Of a stretch of 48,736 bases of DNA, positions 36,432 to 48,736 are shown piece after piece. The notes beneath the pieces are model-generated. The model did not search any database and was not told the DNA's origin. It saw nothing but the letters and a program-made list of their open reading frames with translations. The number at the start of each line of letters is the position of its first letter. The first letter of the stretch is position 1. Position numbers and translations under genes: made by a program. The stretch comes from Phoronis australis. Its lineage: Eukaryota; Animalia; Phoronida. The stretch is from positions 1 through 48,736 of the forward strand of contig NMRA01001052.1 in assembly GCA_002633005.1 (NCBI GenBank). Direction: 5' to 3'.

Positions 36432-39400
36432 ATCCGCGGGAGTTGTTAATATAGATTACCGTCAAAAGTCATCCATAAATTTATTACTGGAGCGAAAACG
36501 AGGCTAATCTATGGCTCTGACTAGTCATTAAAGGCGGTAACAAAGGGAGTAGAATACAACAGCAACCCCGTTTACTCTAAAGACATTACCTTTTGTCATG
36601 TTTCGACATAAAACAGAAATTAACCAAATGACTCTGTGCAAATCTCTAGGCCTACATGGAAACATAGACTGACCAGTCGAAAGAGTTGGTCTATTATATT
36701 GCAACTGTCTACTGACGATGTAGAAAGTTAAAACGATGTGTTTCATTGGATTTACATGTAAGTGTCCCGTAAAGTTTTCCGTATCTTTCTTAAGACAGAT
36801 TTATTCGTGGAGTCTGCAAATCCTTGAAATGTTGGCGTATACAGTTTCACCGAAATATTTCCTTATTTGTATGTTTCATTGCACCATCATTAATGTTGTT
36901 ATGCTGACATTTCAGCCGTAGATTTGGTTTTTAAATAGTCGCAAAAACAGCATTTTTCCGTTAATACTTTTCAGCAAATGTAATTCAATTTATCTGATGT
37001 CGTACGGGATAAATAGCCTTAAAGGCATCTAGCTATTACAAATAACTATAGGTTGTGCATTTAAAAAAATCAGCGACTTCTTTGTTCTTATTTGTTGATT
37101 TACTGGTGTTTTTATAAAGTCATCAGCTCACAACAAGATATCACAGTGCATGTGCAAATCAAGATGTTGAGCTCACACACAGCCAACACTTCACATTCAT
37201 ACCAGTGATCACTGAATGGTTATTTGAAAAAAATAATGAACCATAGGGTCAACCTGCTATTGAATATATTTTGTTCGCAATTTTTTATATGAAACTTTTT
37301 AATATAAATGTTCAGAAATTTGTTTTTTTAAGAGAAGGTAATCACCGGGTTATTTTTCCTAAACGCATCTTATGGATGTGTTATTTTGTTAAAAACTACA
37401 CACATTTAAAGACAAGATGCAATGAAGTCATTGGTACTAACTATTATATGAATAAGTTTAATGTGGAAGCAATTCAATTGAACATCAAATAACAGAGCTT
37501 GCGCACGCATATCTCCACCCGTTACTAATGAAATTAAAATTCAATTTAACCCTCATTTGTGTTTTAGCAAATAGACTATTGATTTGTATATTTACATATT
37601 TCTTTTGAAACTAAGTGGTTTTATTGTTTTTGATATTGGGGAGGTGTACAACAAAGTGATCGCTTTGTGGTGAGCAACTAAGAAATTGTTAGGTTGATTT
37701 TCTTAAGCCAAGAAGAGAACTGAATAGTGGAGAGAAACAGAACGTTGCACATCATGTTTGATATTACATCGATTTGCCCTTAGTCTCAAGAACTTAAACT
37801 ACAGTAAATAGCTAAAACATTTCCTATGCTAATCTTTACGGAAAAGATGCATTTTGATAAAATTAATGTGCGACTTTTTATCCTCGTTTAAAAGTCAGCA
37901 GCATGAGTGAACAATTTATTCTAGAACTTGTTTGTAATAACTTTGACAATGGTCATAGATTTGTTCACCAAACTGTAAGACTTTGCATGCAGTAAAAGTT
38001 TTTTTTTAGTTTCAGAACATTAATGCGTATAATCGCTATAGCCATGACACCTTAAATGATTTGATCAAATCAAAATCGTGTAGCAACCTCCTTGTGAAAT
38101 TCTTGTTACATTGTGTTCATTTAAATTATGTCGTTTTTTCTTTCCAAATAAAATTGAAGAACAATGGCTGTAAAACAGATATAATTTCCTTTGGGAGAGA
38201 ATGTAGCGAAATAAACTGGTGGGCAAATTTTTGAAAAATAAATGACTTAATTATGGTTATCCTTCAAAGAGTATTCACTAAACTGTATTTCTGTATAATT
38301 TAAGTCTATAATCTCATCTGGATTCACGCAAACGTTCATACCCAACCATGTGAAGAAGGAAATATCTTTTTTCGTTCCATTTTGAAGATTTTCCGTATTG
38401 GATTTTAAACCCAAAAAATTATGTAATTGGCCAATAAGGTCCGATGAGTTTTTATGAGAACAATAAGAACCATTTATTGAAATAACAGGGCCATCTGCGT
38501 AGTGTAGTTTTTAGTTCCTTTCCAAAACGTTGATTAATTTCGTAAAAAATCATTTTGTAGAAACAAAATTACCATAATATCCGCACACAGTAGGAAAAAG
38601 ATGTTATGAAAGCGGGTAGTCTTGACGCCAGCATCTACCTATTTGAAAGTCCTGCTGTAATACAAACAGGTGAGCACTATTGTTAAACAATCAAATCCAT
38701 TCAAGGACTGATCTCCAAAAATTAAAAAAAGTTCAGAGATTGTATAACATTTGCCACTGAACTGAATCACAGGGTTTCTGGATGTCTACCTGAATAAAAG
38801 TTTTGGAACATTTTCTTTTCAATCTCAGTTATAGGGGGTCTTTATGTTAGAAATCACAGAGCCACTAAACTTAGTACAATACTCTGAATTTAAACTAGTA
38901 GTTAGGTCGACTTTTTTCAGAAAATCATCTTTTGACGCTTATACAGATTTGAAAAAGTACTTCACTTCTGAAATGACCTTTGACTTGACAGCTGTCATTT
39001 GAGTATTAGCGTTAAAAAATTTTGTTATATTTTTGAAATTAGTGTTTCTCTATATGAGCAAAGAATTTCGATGGCTTTTCTCTATTTTCTATTCATTTTG
39101 ACGTTCTTATTAAATGACCTTTCAAAACATTTTACTACCTACCTTTACTTCTAGTCCTTGAATAGCTGATCGAAAAATTCTTCAAAAACCCGAAAATCAG
39201 TTTTTACAATTTTGAATAATTCTCTTTATTTTTCAAGAACGTTAAAGTTGTCCATTTCACTTTTTGTTTCAAAATAATATCGGTTGTGATCTAATCTTGG
39301 GAACTAATGTTTCTAAGAATACGGAATCGTCAATCAAAAACTGTAGACCACAGTTTGGTATAACATTTATTTTTTTCTTTGATGATGGCATATCGTGACC

Positions 39401-42400
39401 TTAAAAACAGAGATTCTACGAGAGAGGCCGATGCAGTGGTGGTCTGTGCTGTTGCCAGGTTCAATAGTCTGATTCTGTGAGTTAAAACATTTCCTATCAC
39501 AAAATAAATATATCAAGTCGTACATGTTGAAGGTTTATGCCACCTAAATTTTCACTAGTAGGTTTTTAGTTCGCCACTGATCAAAACGTTGTATCCGCCT
39601 TGAAGTTTTCAATTTAGCAAAAACGTAAATAATCTGAAAATATACATAAAATTGTTATGAATTATTTGCAAAATACTACGTATTAATGATTACAGGACTT
39701 ATCCTTTATTTGGCAATTACGAAGTGGAAGCATTATGACGGCCCTGACTGTATGCCTCTAACATAAAGACTATGGATTATTAGCAGGTTCATAATAAGGT
39801 AAGGTTTTAGGCAAAAGAAACAAAACAAAATCATTAATTGGCAGTTCCCTTCAATGTTTGACTGAAATTTAACTATCAATACCAAAAGAGACGTGAAAAT
39901 AGATTGCCAAAGGTACATTTTTAAGGTAGTCAGCTGTTGAAGTGCACTAGGCAAAAAAAAGATTTTCTTCTCTCATCAATGACAATGAAGAAAATGTTGT
40001 TTTTTATTCGTGATTTTGGTTTCTTCGTCAGAGTGATGTTCTGTCCTTCGACAAAGGTACTAATTATAACAACAGGCGCCTACTCCAACATACTTTCGCA
40101 ATACAAAGGTTATGTCACAAATCGAACGGATATATCTACACTGCTTGGAGTCAAACAAATACTGTAATTTTTCTCAGGTTCAGTACACTATGTGCCTAAT
40201 TCATATATTCGTTTTCTCTACTACTTAATACTCAGATAAATATGAGTTCTTTAATTTACTAATAAACAAAATTTATTTTGAAAATTGGATAATGATAAAT
40301 ATATTGCAACAGATTTATTTAAGCTGATAGAAACCCGCATTTCCTCAATAATTACATCATTTTCCAAATCAAACCTGTCAGAAAGTTTCTTTAAGCAGCC
40401 GAGTATGTGTTTTATGGTTTTGGAAGAAGTCTCGAGCTATAGCAAACTCAGTTCATTCTAATTCCAGGATTCGCCTTGAGCAAGGAATGGACCAAGACAG
40501 TAACAGGAGGCTTAACTTTAAAGCTGGTTTTAATTGAAATTAGACAAGGTTTAAAGACAATTGGAATTTCATAAAGGTTGTCTAACTTTTAAAACAGTGT
40601 GTAACTGAATGATTCTACGATGTGCATTTACGATGAGGTTTAAGAGAATGGACTATTCTCACCCAGGAAATTGTGCTTTAACGATGTTCCTGCCACGACA
40701 CATCAATACAACCGATTCCCTGGCCCGTCAACTGTGTCATTCTTGATTGGCAGAACGAAAACCGTAAACAACTGGTCAAAATTTGCAATTCATTGCACAT
40801 CCTGACGTCCTGGTTAGATCTGGCAACAATTCTTCTATTACCTGGTTTTGCATGTTGTTGTGACGTGAAGTAGTAATTATTTTGGGTGGACATTTGCTTT
40901 TTTACCTTGCAGTTTTATGGCATCAACACGTACGCCGAAAAGCAACTCCCCCCTCTAAAGCTCGCGGTATGCACGCTGGTGAAAAGGACATTTACATTGA
41001 ACTCTCGCTGGGAATTATCCTCTTCAAATTAATGTATGGCAATGTTTAAACTGTTTACATTGATGCTTTCACGCGCGATATTATTTGTGTCTTTTCAACT
41101 GACATTCAAAATTCAATAAATAAAATTTACACACTGTCTGAGGTGCGTTCATTACACATTTATCAGTTGCATTTTCACTTGAATTAATGCCATTTAAAGC
41201 TGCCAAGAACCGGCGTTCAATCCCTGAAGTGATTTTTGATTTAGACTATATTTTAACATAAAAAAATTCTGCCTGTAAATCTAAATGATATCATTGTTTT
41301 GCACCGCGGAAAGAGGGCACCATTCGCAATGATAATGTAACTTCACACTGTTTGCATAGAAGACTAATAAACCAATGACATCATGTATTTGGGTTGACAG
41401 ATTTTTAGCATATTGTCTTTCAATACTCCATTTTTTCGTTTAAACACCGCACCCTTAGTAAAGACAATAAAACCTCTACTCCACTGGACACAATTTTTGA
41501 AATTGTAAAACAAGAAAATGGAAACTATTTTTAAATTAATCTTAAATATATCGAAGCAACACGATTGTGATCTGGCAAACTGGTCTCAGCTAATACAAAA
41601 TTGTTCATAGAAAATGCTTGGTAAACTCAGAAGTCAAATAAGGAAAAAACACCGTATAACAACCCATTATCAGTGTAATTTTTATGGTCTAGAGCTTGTC
41701 TGTGACATTTGATGAACCAGTTGAGACGTATTCCTTTAGCTTCAAATGATCTTGCAATATGTCTTCTTCTTGTATAGCACGCAGATAGGATATTTCTTTC
41801 ATTTTTTTGTACTACGAACATTATAAAAGGGGAACATAAAGCAAGTTATTTTTGTCTAAGATTTAGTACAAATAATTTTCATTCCAACCCAGCTCCAAAT
41901 ATTTTCAACTTTAACTCAATGCAAAATGGATGTTAAGCCCAATATTTGATGTAAGAGTGCTCCACCACTTCGAATTTTCGCTGTGGTAATTGAAGTGCAG
42001 AAACTCTGCTGCCGCCACATGTAATGCAGTTTTAGCAGTAATCCCGACCACATTATTGTATATAAGTCAAATAAATAGTAAAATAGGCCAGAACCAAACG
42101 AAACTGACATTTAAGAAATGTTTGTATTTTAATGACGTGAATCTATCGACGGATGAAAATATAATCCTGTGTTGTAAATTTGATAATATACATGGAACAG
42201 CACTTTAAGGGTTCAAGGGGACCGTTCTATGGTATTGAGACTCAATTAGTTATTTTTGGAAGGCGGGATAGGTATGCAAAGCCGCCGGCTGTCTTTCTTA
42301 AAAAAATGACATTTCTGAAAATGTTTAATTCATCTTTGTGTAACCCGATTTAGTAGAACTTAAAACACATTAATATTTACCCTTTGCACCACTAAGTATC

Positions 42401-43852
42401 CCGTGTGAACAAATAAAATCGAACGGTCTAGGAAATTTCCCTCTTCAAATTAATTTATGGGCCTGTTTCAGCGGTTGATGTTGACGCTTTTGACAAAGCT
42501 GACATTGGTTAATTATGGCTGACATTCACAATTGAATACATGTAATTTGCTCATTCCTCGTGAAGTGCCTTGATTACATTTACACGTTTAAAAAATCCAT
42601 TGGCTTGCTTTGATGTCAATTAAAGTTGCTTTACACCGCGATACGTTTATAAAGCGAACTTTTAATTTAGACAGCCCATTGGTACCTATTTAGCTCCAAA
42701 CTTTCGTTACACAAAATGCGTGATTTCTAGATTTGCCGAGATCTGACTTATCGATGTTTATTACGTCATACTTTTACTCAATATACCGACTAACATGTAC
42801 CGAAAAAATAACTTGTGCAGAAGGATTCCAAATTAGGAAAACAAAAACTTGGCCAAGATTATTTCCGTAATTGGTGTTAATGACGTATTTTGTTTGGTAA
42901 TGGCAGGTGTATACATCGCCGGTCTAATAAACGTATAAAACGAAGTTAGAACTGGATAAATCCACATCTTGGCACATCACTATGCACCCTGCAGGGTTAC
43001 TTGCAAAATAATGGGTTTTTCCCATACATTCACACACCATTCATACACCAACGAAAATTGTTACTTCCAAAATTATATATGTTCAAGTAAATATAGATCT
43101 AAGCGTTTAAAGAGGGCTTCCCAAAAGGTGAAATTCAAGGTTTTTTTAAACTGATGATCAGCTTTCGTCTAAATTTGATATAACGATACAACAGATATTA
43201 ATAAAGAATTCGAACGTAGGCTTGCTGTGGTCTAAAGATGATTGAAATACAAAGAACTGGCATAATGTTAGTACTGGGTAAATCTCTTCAAAATTAGGTC
43301 AAAAATACGCGTTTAAAATGTTAGTCTTTACTTAATCTAGGGTTTGTTTTGTTACATTACATAACAAAGCTTGAGCAATCACAAAACAAATGATCAAAAG
43401 TTTTGACAGCATTACAGGACAAACAGTTATCATTTCTTATAATCTTCATCTTTTTCAAGAGATACATTGTTTAAACTTTTATATGCATCAAATACTTAAA
43501 ATTTTAACTGTTGGCATGGAGTACAAATCTGAAGGGCAACGCATAAATCTTTCCAAATTATTGTTCTGAATAAATTTCACTTAATCTGTGTTGTACATCA
43601 GGTTGTGAAATCGTTTTCTTTAAAAAGTTATTTTTAGCTGATTGTGTATGTCAGAATGAATATTGATTAAGTAATTAGTAAGAATAGATCCATTCTAAGT
43701 TGCCCAAAATTTGTGCATATGTACTTTTAAATCATGGGGTCAAACTTTTTAACAAGTACTTTAACGTCAAAATCTATTTTTAAATGTTGTTTACAACTTT
43801 GGGTTCTGGGGTCAAAGCACTCTAGAGATTATAGAAAATTCTGAGAACAAAC

Positions 43853-44406
43853 TGTAACAGCCGATGATATCATAGGATATGATCATGTTTTTATTAACGA
43901 ATCACTAAATGAGTAGAATATCATAAACAAGATATTCAGATGCGCCATAATAGTTGAAGCATAAAGACTTGCTACAGTGTACAGAGGAAATTGTACGACA
44001 GAGCCTTCTCGTGGAAGGTTCTAGAAAGGATCTTTGCAAGGGCAAGGGTTAACGAACAGGAAGTTATCTGAGAGCTTGCCACTTGCATCATGGGTAGTAA
44101 GATACTACCTGAAGTGTTGCGTCACCAGCAGAGACTGTGACCAGCAAGAAGAATCGCGGGTATAAGAAATTGCCTGCAAGTGTTGCATCACCAGAGACGG
44201 TGACAAGCAAGCACACTGTCGCTATGCAGTGTGTGTAGTTTGAAGATCCACCAACAGGACAGTCATCCAACAAGTGGAGAGTCCTAGCTAGGATAGCAAA
44301 TAAGACAATTGATTATTTTGGTTGATTGATTACAGTAAGCTTTAAGGAATGTGCTAGCGTAGTTACTCTTCTCTGTAGTTGATTATTTAATTAACAACAG
44401 GTTACA
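43853..44406. mobile_element. Possible solo LTR (554 bp)
   Basis: Bounded by TGTAAC...GTTACA, with an internal TATAAG and a short internal duplication (agtgttgc.tcaccag...gtgac.agcaag). No TSD, so weak. Confidence 0.3.
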
Positions 44407-46399
44407 CTTGTCTAATTAGGGATTATCATATAATCAATTAATTACTGGATTTGAGTATTCACTCTGCATCTACGCACAATCTCAAAGCATAGCTACCTTT
44501 TAAACAAGCCCAGGTCAATCGTCTGACAGTGTATTAATCTGGTTGTACTGAAAGTCGTCCATTACTCGCAAAAATGCCTTTTTCTATTTACTTCGCTTAC
44601 ATATGCACTAAGTTTGGGTATCCTAATCTTTACAAATGTTCCATTTTGCAACCACAAAATTACAAGAGCCCGTCTAAATCGCGATTGCAAAAACGCCGTC
44701 AATCGATACTTTTGTGCGCTCAAAATTTAGCGATGTCGTATTGATGTTTCGAATACAAACAGTTAATTAATATTTCGCATTAATGTTAAATCTGAGTACG
44801 TTTTGTTACGCATCTTTTGCAGCATCTAAAATAGAACTTTGTTATTTACCAGGTACACTATCAAATGTAAAACAAATGCAATTCACATGAAATTGACTAA
44901 GATAAAAACTCTTCAAGTTAATGTATGGGACTATCTACGCATTCGAGTAAGCTTATATGTTTAGAATTGATATTTAGAACAAATGGCAAGCAATTAGTGC
45001 GTGTTTTTCAATAAAAATTTTTGATGTAATTTAAAGCAAAAAAACGTGTTCCTTTAATGAAAAAGTTGCGGTTTAGGAATGATGCCCGATGCACGCCCTC
45101 TATATAACACCCGGCACTGATTGACTTGTGCCTTGCGCATTTTCACAGTTGCCGCCATAGGCCCTTATTCCACATTCCTCACTACCGCCATCCCACTAGT
45201 CGTCTTCACTTTCGGATAACCCGCCATAGGAGTGCAAACGATCCAACTAATTGTTATGAAAAAGAATATCCTTTTGAACATAACCACGTTACAGGCATCA
45301 CACGTTTAGGGTACGATTTCAATTTCAGGGGGTATTAAATATCAAGTTATAAGGTTGCCAAAAGATGTACTGACAGAGTTAATATTTGGCGTGCAAGAAC
45401 ATACCATCAAAATCTCAAGAATTGTCACGTCAGTAATGACACAGTATATGTTAGAGGGACTGTTTATCACAAAATTAGGTCATAGTTTTGTCTATTTCAA
45501 AAAGGTAAGTTCTTTCCTAAGGTAAACAATCCCTTTAATGGGGTTCCGCTTGAGGAAAGATCGCTGGGGTTTATCTTAGAAAGTAAATTTCAAAGGTGTA
45601 GTCTCAGAGCCAAGGGAACTGTGGAGCTGCATAAATGCCTTTGTTTTAAAGTCTAACTTAACGGAATTTTCTTTTTTGAGATGTATTGGACTAACCACGT
45701 CGTCCTAGCCAAGCTTTAGCAAAATAAGTATACGCAAATGAAATCACGCAAATATAGACCCGTCAAATAATGGGCAAATCTGCCCTTTCGTACCATATTG
45801 CGTCTCCACCAGATCCCAGGCAAAACAACAAAACACCGATAGCGTTTGTAAACAATAGGAGTGTGAATAGGACACCGTTGCGTGCTGGTATTATTCGCAG
45901 CTGTTTGAATTAAAAGGTTCTTAAAGCAGTGAAGTAGCCAAAAGCACGCCAATACGACTAACAGTTCGATACATTTGACAATTGATGGCACTATTAGCGT
46001 CAGATCGATGTTTTTAACACATGAAAGCTTTGACACCTGGCAACACTATGTCAAAACAAATGGCATAAGAAATGCAACCTTTAGTCATAATTCATGTAGT
46101 GAATTGGGCAGTTCTCGGAGGCATACCATTAGCTTCTTGATTGGCAACCGAACATAACGAGAAACTGTGGAAGCCTGAATGAATCGAACTTATACTTCAA
46201 AGAACAGAGGAATCATTTTTTGCGATCGTTGGCAGATATGCTTTGGGCAAGATAATCCTTTAGAGTACTGTGTAAGGCCATCAAGAATTCATCCCCCGAC
46301 ACTCCGATTGACATGAACTTATTACCTACGAAAATGCCCTCCAGTAAAAGTGCTTTCCTGATTATTGCTTTGGTGATTGTATGATGATTGAGCAATTTA

Positions 46400-47330
46400 G
46401 AAGTGTTTCTGCTTCTCTCCTTCGGCAGAAGGTGATTGTACTAGATTGTAGGGGTATGGTGGGAGAAAGAGGCAAGTTCCGACCCTGTCTGAAGGGAGAT
46501 TCCCTATATGAAGCACTGTGTAATTAGACAGTTTAATAAGCTATAACTAATCCCATCCTCTGCCGAGTCTCCGCGAACATAATAGGTTAAGAGGATGTGG
46601 TAAAAATATGGGTGTTCATTAATGTATAAATTGGCCCCTCCGAACGCGTGGCGGAGCCACACACCGATGCATCGTCATTACTTGTAATCGGATTTGGTCA
46701 ATATCTTACCTTTAAGGTGCTGGCATTCTACTGCAACCGCCATCTATTGTTACGCAAGGGCAATAGCGATATCCGTCAATTGACGATGGAAATGCAAAAA
46801 TATCGATTCTGCTGATGATATGGGAGCCGCTGCCTACGCGGGTTTTCGAGATCAAGATGTACCAACTCAACATACTCTGGGAGCATCTCTAACTGTATCA
46901 GGTAAAAATCTATAATCTGCATAATATGCAGAGATCCTCTTGAGAAAACTGATAAATGTTTCAGTACTCAGATTATGCAGCAGTACTGCTCCAATCGCCA
47001 TCTATTGTTGCGGAACGACAATATCGATAACAATCTGGGGTTGGTGGACAGGCAAATATAGCGATGCCGTTCATATTTGGTCAACCGACCATGAGTGCAT
47101 CGCAGAACTTAAGGCACGTAAATTACGTGCGTAAGTTAATTCTTATTGGAGTCATAAAGTAAGTATTCAGAGGCATAAGGCAAGTGTTTGTGGCATAAAG
47201 TAGTCATTATTTACGCCTCTTGGAAGAAGTAACTTACGCACGTAAATTAGGTGCGTGACGTTTACTTATTTGCCCAACGATGCGAGTGACTCTCTGTTTC
47301 TCGAGCTTAAGATCTACCAGACCAAGAAGA
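46400..47330. repeat. Old dispersed repeat; inverted partner of 12550..14060
   Basis: For example tgtaggggtatggtgggagaaagaggcaagttccgaccctgtctgaagggagattccctatatgaagcactgtgta versus the reverse complement of 13940-14015, plus ccgccatctattg blocks. Confidence 0.7.
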
Positions 47331-47449
47331 AGAGGGTCGTCTGTAGTCGACTGACCTTCTGAGAAACTGGAGATGTTATCAGAAGTGAAATATTCCAGCT
47401 CTGTTTTCACTATGATGTTCTTCACATTACTACTGCATTCAACAATACG

Positions 47450-48477
47450 TGATAAGGATATGTTATGGTGATGAGCTTTGCTGTGAAAAAGACGTGAAAT
47501 GGGCAAATTCCCAGTTCACATCCCTTGGAATTACCTTCTGTGTCAACTTACATGACATGATTCACTTAAACTACGATGTAAAATCAGACGAGTCTAGAAA
47601 AGGCATTGAAAATTGTTCAAAAAGAAATTAAACCACCTTTGGTAAGATAACGGTTGCCAAATCTTTCCATCACCAAAACTGATTCACCTCTTTTACACAC
47701 TCCCTCTTCCAAGTGCTACTTTATTGGACTTTAAAAAAATATTTTTAATTATATATGGAGTACCTCTTCTGATAGAATCTGTAAAAATACCATGGTACAC
47801 AAATCTGAAGATGGAGGTGGAAATATGGTCCATATTGCGTCATTTGTCAAATCTATTAATTTGACTTGGATTCGGAGATTCATAAAAGAATCTTATACCA
47901 CTACTTCTCCTTGGCCAAATATTTTAGGCTAAACTATTCCTAATATAAAAATGATTCTTTACAGTTAGGCTCGTGTTTTAGCTTGAAATAGCTAACCGTA
48001 CTAAGAATATTTTTGGAAGGGATATCATTCATATATTATACCAATTTATCAATCTGCGTTAGATAGATGACCCTTTGTACCAACGTTTGTGGTATAACCC
48101 AAAACTTGTATAGACAGCATTCCAATTTTATGTAACGAGTGGTTTCTAAAGGGTATACGATACGTTTACGATTCACTTGGCCTTGAGAAAGGATATATTT
48201 AAGATTATCACGATTCCCATTTTCCCATAAATTACTTATTTTTATGGAATTTGAAGTTTAATACTTCGTTCTTGAAGTCATCTTGGAGAAAAGAGTAATC
48301 TCCATTTTTCTCCAGAACATATGTCTCCTCGGAAAATAAATGGGCGGGGAAAATCTATCTATTATTCATTTGTGAATTGCATGTAAAACCTGTAGCGGAA
48401 TTGAGCTGAGAGAGAGAGAAATTAAACTATGCGACAATACTCAGTCTTGGAAAAAATCTTTCTGTCTATTTTCACTG
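47450..48477 (+). pseudogene. Decayed L1/Tx1-type non-LTR retrotransposon ORF2 fragment (post-RT thumb region)
   Basis: Fragments VKWANSQFTSLGITFCVN...LNY, TFGKITVAKS..PKLIHLFYTLP, FFNYIWS...DRICKNTM...SEDGGGNMVHIASFVKSINLTWIRRF and LWYNP match L1-clade ORF2 motifs. Many stops and frameshifts. Confidence 0.85.
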
Positions 48478-48479
48478 TA

Positions 48480-48736
48480 CAGCACACATCACGAATTTTT
48501 GGCCGACCGGTCGGAAATTGGTCGACGACCGGCCGTCGACCGGTCGTCTAGCCGACCAGCAGCCGACCAACAACGGTCGGCTAGGAGCCGTCTACTGAGT
48601 CGCCTCTGTGGTCGGCACTTGGGTCGGCTAAGTGGTCGCCTAGCGTAGACGACCAATTCGGATTAAGCGTGTCCTTGGTCGGCAATTACCATTTTATGAC
48701 TTAACGGGTGAACTTTGGCCAAACAAACATTTTACT
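48480..48736. mobile_element. Inverted terminus of the GCCGAC-rich DNA transposon family, inserted into the LINE fragment
   Basis: TA|cagcacacatcacgaatttttggccgaccggtcggaaattggtcgacgacc is the reverse complement of the termini at 1677 and 5574. The element runs out of the window. Confidence 0.75.

Noticed and set aside
36500-46400. Numerous 60-106 aa ORFs
   Set aside because: Lengths expected by chance, many with non-ATG starts, and no recognisable domains.

Overview
AT-rich eukaryotic (most likely invertebrate animal) genomic DNA dominated by transposon remains. Two things stand out. (1) A minus-strand, two-exon gene (36431..32917 + 31550..30743, about 1440 aa) encodes a signal peptide, CUB domains, 2 C-type lectin domains and about 7 LDLa repeats. 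This is the ectodomain of a GRL101-like (LDLa-LRR) GPCR. Its reading frame is fully open, but the LRR/hinge/TM1 sequence directly after the stop carries about 6 stops and 3 frameshifts, suggesting a receptor converted into a secreted protein. (2) A 7.9-kb internally deleted Polinton/Maverick element (18944..26836) has AGT...ACT termini, diverged TIRs, a perfect GGAATG 6-bp TSD and a dead packaging-ATPase remnant. It still carries two intact orphan ORFs (a RING-finger protein and a helical two-repeat protein) and a candidate TATA promoter with non-coding spliced leader exons. Also present: a decayed Academ-type DNA transposon with a nested tRNA-derived SINE, an L1/Tx1-type LINE fragment, three termini of a GCCGAC-rich DNA transposon, a near-tandem duplication spanning an assembly N, dispersed repeats and microsatellites. 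All alignments were done by eye, and repeat boundaries are approximate unless stated.
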